Of a stretch of 31,494 nt of DNA, positions 24,949-31,494 are shown piece after piece. Made by a program: the position numbers and the translations under genes. Origin of the DNA: a virus (taxonomy: Duplodnaviria > Caudoviricetes); IMG/VR virus record IMGVR_UViG_3300022917_000022, positions 1 to 31,494 of that record; one strand, written 5' to 3'. How positions within the stretch are numbered: position 1 is the stretch's first letter; each line of letters starts with the position of its first letter. Under the pieces are notes generated by a model, which ran no database searches, was not told where the DNA came from, and saw nothing but the letters and a program-made list of their open reading frames with translations.

Positions 24949-25437
24949 TTACTCCGATGCGATTGCGAGGCCGCCGCCCTCGGCGATGGAGAGCGGGCCG
25001 GTGTCGGGCGTCGGCATGAACGGGCTGCGGTTGACCGGAGACAGGCGGTTGCCTGCGCCGCGCGGCATGGTGTTCGGCTGTTGCTGCTCCACGGGGGTCG
25101 CAGCGTCAGTCAGAAGCGTGTCGTACCCAGCTCGCGCGGTGAGGCGGGTCTCTGAAGAGACCGTCTTGCCGAACACCGGAGCCAGGCGCAGCGCGAGGTT
25201 GGCGTACACCGTCTCGTTGGCTGAGTCGGGGATGCCCGATGCGTCGTCCAGGTTCGAGGCGTCGGGCGTGGAGGGCATGCGATAGCCCACCGCGATGCCC
25301 AGGGCCTCCCACGTGCCCATCATCGCGTCGAGGCGCCGAAGACCTGTTGCGCGCTCTTCCGGCGTTAGGTCGAACTCGTAGTCGGCAATCCCGATCTCCG
25401 AGAACGCCTCAGCCAGGAGTTGCGCCTTGGTCCACAT
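24949..25437 (-). CDS. Head-to-tail adaptor, P22 gp4-like
   Basis: AFSEIG...GLRRLDAMMGTW...NLALRLAP.FGK...MPRGAGN. Confidence 0.88.
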   Translation of the reverse strand: MWTKAQLLAEAFSEIGIADYEFDLTPEERATGLRRLDAMMGTWEALGIAVGYRMPSTPDASNLDDASGIPDSANETVYANLALRLAPVFGKTVSSETRLTARAGYDTLLTDAATPVEQQQPNTMPRGAGNRLSPVNRSPFMPTPDTGPLSIAEGGGLAIASE

Positions 25438-25439
25438 GG

Positions 25440-25709
25440 TCAGCCCTTGGCCTCGATGAGGTCCGCCAGCTTCTTGTCGCTGGTGCGGCCATCGAACTTG
25501 ATGCCGAGCTGACGCGCGCGCTGCTCAAGCTCTGCCCGGGTGGGCGGCGCGTCTTCGAGGGCGTCCTTGGCCTTGTACTGGTCATCAAACCAGCCCGCGG
25601 CCAACGCCTCTCGGTAGTCGGCCTCGGTGTGCACGGTCAAGAGGTCGTAGCGGCCACTTTCCAGCTGCCACTGCGTACCGACCTTGAACAGCATGCGCGT
25701 CTGATCCAT
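25440..25709 (-). CDS. Small conserved protein with C-terminal HeH/LEM-like motif
   Basis: PPTRAELEQRARQLGIKFDGRTSDKKL; usual position after the coat gene. Confidence 0.8.
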   Translation of the reverse strand: MDQTRMLFKVGTQWQLESGRYDLLTVHTEADYREALAAGWFDDQYKAKDALEDAPPTRAELEQRARQLGIKFDGRTSDKKLADLIEAKG

Positions 25710-25717
25710 GGAGACTC

Positions 25718-25749
25718 CAAAGAAGGGGGACGCCGTTGCCAGCGTCCCC
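25718..25749 (-). terminator. Rho-independent terminator/attenuator after the coat gene
   Basis: GGGGACGCTG-GCAA-CGGCGTCCCC hairpin (GNRA loop) followed by CTTCTTT. Confidence 0.75.
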
Positions 25750-25762
25750 TAAGGCCCCTGCG

Positions 25763-26986
25763 TCAGGACTGGTTGGCGAGGATCAGGCCGCACTTCTCCG
25801 GGTCCAGCACCGTCGCGGCGTACAGCGTGGTGTGGCGGACGAAGAGCTTGCCGGTCTGCGCGTTCAGTTGCGCCACCATTACCAGCGGAACACCGTTCTT
25901 GGTGGTCGCGGTCATCACCTCAGCGCCCGTGCCGGCCGGGAACTGCAGGCGGCCATAGTCCAGCGTCACCGCACCTTGCGCCCAGAAGGCGTTGACGGGC
26001 TTGGTGACGGTGTTCAGGAACGTCAGCGGGGCCGTCGCGGCAGCCTGCGCGGTGACGTTCTGGTACGGGCCGGTGATGATGATCTTCGGCGTGATCGTCA
26101 GGTTGGCAGTGCCGCCGCCGGAGATGACGCGGAACGTCATCGGCTGGCCGGTGTCGCTCTTGTCGATCATGTGCACCGCGTTGACGTTCGCGATGGTGAA
26201 AGCGTCGCCGTTCTTGATGTTGGCGATGTTCGCGCCAGCCACAACCAGCACGCCGTAGCGGTTGTCGGTAGGCAGATCTCCGGTCATCGCCGTGACGGTG
26301 TGCGACGTGTTCGCGTTCACCGTGGTGGACGTGACCGTGCCGATCGCCGCGAGGTTCGCCACGTTGTCGGTGCGGAAGGTCGCAAAGTTCGCGATGTCCG
26401 GCACCTTCGAGCGCTCGTAGGCCGACAGGTTGCGATCGCCCAGGTACGCGCGGTTGCCCAGGTCCTTCGCCACGTCCTTGTAGTCGAACGGGTTCATGAA
26501 CAGCTTGAGCGAACTCGACGTGATGCCGCGCGAGACCGCCAGGGCCTCAGCGGTGGCGCCGTCGTCCCAGGCCAGGACGCCGACCTTCTTCACGACGATG
26601 GAAGCACTCGCGGCGACGGCGGCGTACAGGTTCTTGTCCACCTCGGCCGCCAGACGGACCGCCGAAGCGGTGCCCATCTTCTTCATGTGCTGCGGGTCGC
26701 GCAGCTCCTTGGCGTCGAGTTCGTAGATCACGTTGTCCGGCGAGCGGTACACCGTGGGAACGAAGCGCTCGATCACGTCGGTGCGCGCAGCCGCGGACAC
26801 GTCCAGGCCCGTCACGACGGCGGCGTGATAGCTCTGCTTCTTGTAAAAGGTGTCCCCCGCCCGCTGCATGTCCGTTGCGTTCGGGTAGGAGGTGTCTGCC
26901 TCCATGGAGATGACGCAGGCTGCGTCGAAACCTTCCACGAAGTTCTCGAACATCAGTTCGAGGTCTTTGGCGAGTGCGTTGGGCAT
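25763..26986 (-). CDS. Major capsid protein, P22 gp5 (coat) family
   Basis: MPNALAKDLELMFENFVEGFD...MQRAGD; 407 aa; follows the scaffold. Confidence 0.92.
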   Translation of the reverse strand: MPNALAKDLELMFENFVEGFDAACVISMEADTSYPNATDMQRAGDTFYKKQSYHAAVVTGLDVSAAARTDVIERFVPTVYRSPDNVIYELDAKELRDPQHMKKMGTASAVRLAAEVDKNLYAAVAASASIVVKKVGVLAWDDGATAEALAVSRGITSSSLKLFMNPFDYKDVAKDLGNRAYLGDRNLSAYERSKVPDIANFATFRTDNVANLAAIGTVTSTTVNANTSHTVTAMTGDLPTDNRYGVLVVAGANIANIKNGDAFTIANVNAVHMIDKSDTGQPMTFRVISGGGTANLTITPKIIITGPYQNVTAQAAATAPLTFLNTVTKPVNAFWAQGAVTLDYGRLQFPAGTGAEVMTATTKNGVPLVMVAQLNAQTGKLFVRHTTLYAATVLDPEKCGLILANQS

Positions 26987-27108
26987 CTGATGCTCCTAAT
27001 GGATGAGTTGTCACCGCGGCTGTTGCCGCTGCTTGAACTCATCCGCTCAGGGCCGGATGGGGGCCTCAACGCCTGCTCGTTACGGTGAGCGACTCCGGGG
27101 GAACAGGG
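26987..27108 (-). promoter_or_regulatory. Structured leader of the coat gene with alternative stems
   Basis: Inverted repeats 27001-27009/27036-27044 and 27040-27045/27054-27059; AGGAG RBS. Confidence 0.6.
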
Positions 27109-28005
27109 TCAGGCGCTCTTGCGCTTTTCCTGCTCTCGCTTGGCGGCGTAATACGCCGTGTAGTCCCTGGTTTCTCGGGCCTTCTGGTGCAAGGCTTCGA
27201 GGTTGCGCGACGCTGCAGCCGCGTTGACTGCTGCGCCCGTGTTGGTGGGGCGGCGATCGGGGGCCGGGGGCTTCTTCACGTTCTCCACCTTCATGGTTGC
27301 CTGCACTTCACCCAGCGCGATGGCGAAGTCAACGGGGTCGTTGATGGCCGCCAGCTCCTTGAGCTTCTTCGGGCTGTTGTGCAGAGCCAGGACGATCAGT
27401 TCGGGCTTCTTCGCCCCCTTCAGGAGGATGCCTTGCTGAACCACGCTCAGCGTGTTCTGCACGTTCTCCTCGGCCTCGTCGAAGTTCTTGACGGGCAGAG
27501 CGGTCTTGCTGCGGTTGTAGGCGTCGAGACGGGCCTGCCAGGCGGTGCGCTGGGCTTGCTCGGCCTGCTCGCGCTCGGTCCGCTGCCTGGCCGCGGTGTT
27601 CTTGCGCTCGGTCCACGCCTCCAACTCGGTCGCGAACTGCTCTTCATCGAAGTTGCACGCTTCGAGCGTGGGCTTGTTGCCGACCACGACGGCCTGCTGC
27701 TGAGCGGTCGCGCCCTTCAGCCGCGCGTTTTCCTCTTCCAGGCGTCGGGTGTTGCGCACCAGTTCGCGGTTCGTCTTGCGAAGCTCGCGAACCCACGGCG
27801 TCTTCTCGGCCTGCTGGGCTTCCACGTCCTCCGCGGGCTCTTCGCCCAGGGACACCACGAGTTCTTCGGCTTCGTCGGCCTCAACGCTCTCGGCCGCCAC
27901 CTCGTCGGCCACAACGACTTCAGCAGTCTCGCCCTCCAACGGAGGATCAACCTCGACCACGGTTTCGTCGGTCGGGGTGGCTTCGTCGTCGGTCGGTGCT
28001 GGCAT
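27109..28005 (-). CDS. Scaffolding protein
   Basis: GAGGAGG RBS and ATG at 28005; acidic N-terminus, WVRELRK, KPTLEACNFD, basic C-terminal helix; lies between portal and coat. Confidence 0.9.
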   Translation of the reverse strand: MPAPTDDEATPTDETVVEVDPPLEGETAEVVVADEVAAESVEADEAEELVVSLGEEPAEDVEAQQAEKTPWVRELRKTNRELVRNTRRLEEENARLKGATAQQQAVVVGNKPTLEACNFDEEQFATELEAWTERKNTAARQRTEREQAEQAQRTAWQARLDAYNRSKTALPVKNFDEAEENVQNTLSVVQQGILLKGAKKPELIVLALHNSPKKLKELAAINDPVDFAIALGEVQATMKVENVKKPPAPDRRPTNTGAAVNAAAASRNLEALHQKARETRDYTAYYAAKREQEKRKSA

Positions 28006-28041
28006 GTGCCTCCTCGGGGTTGCCCGGCTCAATGGGCCGGG

Positions 28042-28070
28042 AGTCTAAAACCAATCGATCTAACGTGCAA
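28042..28070 (-). promoter_or_regulatory. Sigma70-like promoter upstream of the scaffold gene
   Basis: TTGCAC-N17-TAGACT in an AT-rich gap, followed by a CCCGGC/GCCGGG hairpin (28023-28041). Confidence 0.65.
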
Positions 28071-28084
28071 CGTCTAAATGACTT

Positions 28085-30142
28085 TTAGTGCTGAAGACCC
28101 GCCGGAGGCGTGGCCGCATCACGCATCAGCGTGGCGAGGTCCACGAACTGGCCGACCTTCGCGCCCTGGGTCTTGGCGAGCGTCTCCTGCGTCTGCGCCT
28201 GCTTCAAACCAGCGGCTGCGATGGTGTCGATGGTCTTGGCGTTGGCCTGCTTGGCGTTGGCCTGCGCCTCTTCCGCGGCGGCCTGGAGGTACTGGGCCTG
28301 CGGGTCGGGCGGCTGGTTGGCGGCCTCCTGGGCCAGTTGCTGGCGCTCTTCCTCGCTCGGCTTGACGACGCCCATGCGGACCAGCTTGGCGCGGAAGTAG
28401 TCGCGAGCCTCGCCGAGGCCTTCGCCCTCCATGTTCATCATCGCCAGGCCAGTGAGGATCGATTGAATCTCGGGGTCGGCGGTCATCTGCGTCATCGCGG
28501 TGAGCGCGCGAACGGTCGAAGCGCGCTTGCTGCTCGAAGACGGACCCACTTCCACATCCACATCGAAGCTGGCCTTGCTGAAGTCGTTCTTGACGTACTC
28601 CCGCATGGCTTCGGCGTCGTAGGCTGGATCGTTGACGACGACGCTGGACGGGGCGCCGTTCTCGTCCACCGCCTTCATCCGCCGGGACTTCTCAACGGCC
28701 ACGTCCTTCATCATCGAGAGCCAGATTTCGCCGGAGCGCTTCATGCTCTTGGCGAGGTTGCTCATGTAGATGAAAACCTGCATGTCCAGGCGCTGCTGGA
28801 TCAGCTCCACCGCCTTGCCGCTGATGTTGGGCTGCAGTTCCTCGCCGGCCTGCTGGTTGCCCAGGAGGTCATTCAGCGCGGTGTATGCGATCTCGATCAG
28901 CGCCGCCATCGCGGGCGGGATCTGCGGCGCCCTGGTGTACGGGATGGTCGTTGGCGGAATCTTCGCGCCCGTCGCTGGATCGGCGATGCCGTTGATGAGC
29001 GCATAGGGGTAGCGCTTGATGTGGTCCTCGGCCCACCGCGTAGCATGTCCCGCCACCTGCTCGGCCGTCAGCAACGGCTTCTCGATGTCGAAGCGGCCAG
29101 CCATGTCGGCCAGCCACGACAGCAGGGAGTTCGTGAGGCGCTGGGCGTCCTTGGCCAGGCGAACGTGGCCCATGCAGCGCTCGATGCCATCCACGACCAG
29201 CCGCTTGCCGAACACAGGAACGATGGGGATGCACTTCCCGGCGATTGGTCCGCAGTCTTCGAGGATCCGGCCCCCGCTGAGGATGTACTTGTGCACCGAT
29301 CGGGTCTTGACGCGCTTCTCCCGCACCTTGCGAAAGCCCATCGCGTGCAGCTCTGCCAGCTTGCCGGGCTCGTCGTCCAGCTCCTGCTGAGTGACCCGCA
29401 TGTCCGGCTCGTCATCCACCAGCCCGCGGAAGAAGTGCACAAGCTCGCGCTTCTCCTCCACACGGTAGAACTCGCACACCCACACCAGATCGGCCGTCAC
29501 CCAGTCGAATTGACACTGGTTGATGCCCTTTTCCCAGGTGGTCGGGTCGTCACCCCACTCCTCTTTGTAGGCGTCCCGGGTGTACGAAGTCAGGACGTAG
29601 CAGCGCTTGGCATCAGCCTTGTCGTAACGCTTGGCGTCCAGGTCGAAGAAGACGCACGTGTCCGCGTCCGTGATGGGCTCGATGACGACGCGCTGCTTGT
29701 CGTTCTCGTCGTCGTACTCGTCTTCGTAGCAGGCCCGAAGTCTCCATGCTCCGTACCCACCACCGACTGCCTCCTCGAAACCGTTGTCGTAGGCCTCTTC
29801 AGCGGTGCATGCCTTCTCGTCAGCCCGGTACAGGCCATCGCACACATCGGCCATCTCGTCGTTGTCGCCGTCCTTGGGCGTGAAATCGACGGTGATGCGG
29901 TTGTTTCGGTACTCGCTGAAGATGCGAATGATCGCGAGGTGGACCTTGTTGAACTCGAAGCGGGGCTTGTTCTCGAACTGCTCGCCGAGGGGGCCCTCCC
30001 ATTGCGCGCCGGCAATGGAATAGAAGCGGCGGTCTTCCACCGCCTGCGTTCGCTCTTCTCGTTGGGCTTCCTGGATCGCGTCGAAGTCCGCCATTGCCTC
30101 GGCGTGGATCTTCGCGTGTCGGTCCGCTTTGCTCATGCTCAT
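28085..30142 (-). CDS. Portal protein, P22-like
   Basis: DRRFYSIAGAQWEG...NKPRFEFNKV, EEAVGGGYGAWR, GHVRLAKDAQRL, NISGKAV; C-terminal helical barrel. Confidence 0.93.
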   Translation of the reverse strand: MSMSKADRHAKIHAEAMADFDAIQEAQREERTQAVEDRRFYSIAGAQWEGPLGEQFENKPRFEFNKVHLAIIRIFSEYRNNRITVDFTPKDGDNDEMADVCDGLYRADEKACTAEEAYDNGFEEAVGGGYGAWRLRACYEDEYDDENDKQRVVIEPITDADTCVFFDLDAKRYDKADAKRCYVLTSYTRDAYKEEWGDDPTTWEKGINQCQFDWVTADLVWVCEFYRVEEKRELVHFFRGLVDDEPDMRVTQQELDDEPGKLAELHAMGFRKVREKRVKTRSVHKYILSGGRILEDCGPIAGKCIPIVPVFGKRLVVDGIERCMGHVRLAKDAQRLTNSLLSWLADMAGRFDIEKPLLTAEQVAGHATRWAEDHIKRYPYALINGIADPATGAKIPPTTIPYTRAPQIPPAMAALIEIAYTALNDLLGNQQAGEELQPNISGKAVELIQQRLDMQVFIYMSNLAKSMKRSGEIWLSMMKDVAVEKSRRMKAVDENGAPSSVVVNDPAYDAEAMREYVKNDFSKASFDVDVEVGPSSSSKRASTVRALTAMTQMTADPEIQSILTGLAMMNMEGEGLGEARDYFRAKLVRMGVVKPSEEERQQLAQEAANQPPDPQAQYLQAAAEEAQANAKQANAKTIDTIAAAGLKQAQTQETLAKTQGAKVGQFVDLATLMRDAATPPAGLQH

Positions 30143-30231
30143 GGCCGCCCCTGTAGGGTGCTATGAGCTGCTGGCGGCTCGATCTACGCAGCGGGCCGGT
30201 CTTGCCGGTCGCGATCTCGGGCGCGAGTTTA
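30143..30231 (-). promoter_or_regulatory. Structured leader, copy 2 of the repeated element
   Basis: TAAACT-CGCGC...CGGCCCGCTG-N8-GAGCCGCCAGCAGCTC...CCC-TACA-GGG before the portal ATG. Confidence 0.7.
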
Positions 30232-31494
30232 ACGCGAGCGGGCGTAAGGCGACACCATGGGGATGTCTTCGACCTTCGGCGTTGTCTCCTGCGCAACCAC
30301 GGCGGGGAACAGTTCGGCCAGAGCCCATATGTGCGCGTCAGCCCGGTTCGGCGACTTCGGGCCCGTGTATCCGGCCGTGGAGAAAGCGCACATCTCGTCT
30401 TCGAGCTTCGGAAACAGGCCGACGTGCCGCACCTTCCCGTCGTCGTAGAGAGCCGAGAACGGCTCCGCGCGCTGCACCTTGCCTCGGCTGGCCGTGACCA
30501 TCTTGAACGGCACGCGCACGCCGGCCTTGGCTGCCGCGGTCTGGACGACGAACTTGACCATTCCTCCGCCGAAGTTCGTTTCGCCGACTATGGCGTCCGC
30601 CTTGTGCCTAACGAATGCCTCGACCGCGATCCGGCCCCATGTCGAGGGCCCACCCTTGACTGTCAGGTCTTCGAGCAGATACACGCGGCCGTCAGTCCCG
30701 AGCGCATCTACGACGATGCCAATCTCGTCGTTCTCGATGTTCGCCTCGTCGTCACTCGCTCCAGACGGGTCAACCGACACGATGACGCGCTGCAGCGCAG
30801 GGGTCTCGCCGTCGATCGAGCGCCACCGGTCGATCACGGACTCGTCAAACAGCGCATTCGGCGTCGCGTCAGCGTACAGCCCATGCACAAAGCGGCGCTT
30901 CATGCGCTCGCCCATCCCGTCTAGCGTCTGCAGGTACTCAGGCGAGAGGTTGGCGCGGTTGTCGTAGGGGTTGATGAGGAAGCGGACATAGTTCTCCGGG
31001 TTGCGCAGCGGCTCTCCGGTGTCCGGGTCTCTCTTCTGGTGGAAGACCTTGTAGGTCCAATGCGCCTTCGACGGCGGGTTGCAGTCGTAAAGCATGCGCA
31101 GCTTGAGCGGCTTCGTTTCCCGGCCTTCGAGCTTCTGTTCGGCCAGTTGGGCCAAGCGCGTGACCAGCATCTGCTGGTGGGCCCACCCGAGTTGCGAGCA
31201 CTCGTTCGGGTAGATCGTGGCGTACTCATTGCCGAGGATCTTCTCCATCCGCTCTTTGTCGTCCAGGCCGCCGAACCAGATTTCGGACCCTTCGCCAAGC
31301 GTGGCGTACCAATGCGTCTTGTTGAGCGTCCAAGGCACGCCAGGGAAGGCCAGCGACATGACCTTTGGCCACGTGTCGTGCACGATTGCCTGGATGACGT
31401 GGTTGAAACGGTAGCGCGCGATCAGGTGCCGCGAGCCTGGGGCTTTCAGCGCCCGCATGGCAATGGCGCGGCAGTTCAGGAAGGTCTTGCCCGA
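30229..31494 (-). CDS. terL: Terminase large subunit (5' end outside the window)
   Basis: Frame open to the window edge with SGKT (Walker A tail); YPNEC Walker B-like motif, DCNPP, VSVDPS and SPNRADA nuclease motifs. Confidence 0.93.
   Translation of the reverse strand, partial: SGKTFLNCRAIAMRALKAPGSRHLIARYRFNHVIQAIVHDTWPKVMSLAFPGVPWTLNKTHWYATLGEGSEIWFGGLDDKERMEKILGNEYATIYPNECSQLGWAHQQMLVTRLAQLAEQKLEGRETKPLKLRMLYDCNPPSKAHWTYKVFHQKRDPDTGEPLRNPENYVRFLINPYDNRANLSPEYLQTLDGMGERMKRRFVHGLYADATPNALFDESVIDRWRSIDGETPALQRVIVSVDPSGASDDEANIENDEIGIVVDALGTDGRVYLLEDLTVKGGPSTWGRIAVEAFVRHKADAIVGETNFGGGMVKFVVQTAAAKAGVRVPFKMVTASRGKVQRAEPFSALYDDGKVRHVGLFPKLEDEMCAFSTAGYTGPKSPNRADAHIWALAELFPAVVAQETTPKVEDIPMVSPYARSR

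Larger units (their letters stand above)
1..31494. mobile_element. Temperate P22-like (short-tailed) bacteriophage genome segment, non-integrated (attP) form
   Basis: terL-portal-scaffold-coat-gp4-gp10-needle-ejection-tailspike order on the - strand; xis-int-attP flanked by phage genes on both sides; no intact host genes. Confidence 0.95.

Overview
About 31.5 kb of a high-GC temperate phage with a P22-like (podovirus) virion module, probably infecting a Betaproteobacterium (host assignment is inference). The attP site is intact, so this is the free (excised or virion) configuration. The + strand arm (1-7297) holds a putative single-strand annealing protein, a YqaJ/lambda-type exonuclease, DUF968-like and DUF1367-like genes, many small translationally coupled early genes, then lambda-type xis and tyrosine integrase. 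attP (about 7296-7490) has arm repeats and two consensus IHF sites, and a few small + strand genes follow it. The - strand arm carries terL (5' truncated), portal, scaffold, coat, gp4-like adaptor, a six-gene putative auxiliary fibre module, gp10-like hub, tail needle, GNAT/gp14-like protein, three ejection proteins, two tailspikes and small membrane genes. Main observations: (1) attP encodes a promoter plus a replacement N-terminus (..SVLFVCMGN) for a host low-molecular-weight protein-tyrosine phosphatase. (2) The same pseudoknot-like leader element precedes both the portal gene and the ejection-protein block. (3) An internal promoter, a switch-like leader and a terminator delimit a scaffold-coat unit. 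(4) CTCGAG occurs 15 times in xis-int but was not found elsewhere. No tRNA, rRNA, CRISPR array, reverse transcriptase or endolysin was recognised.
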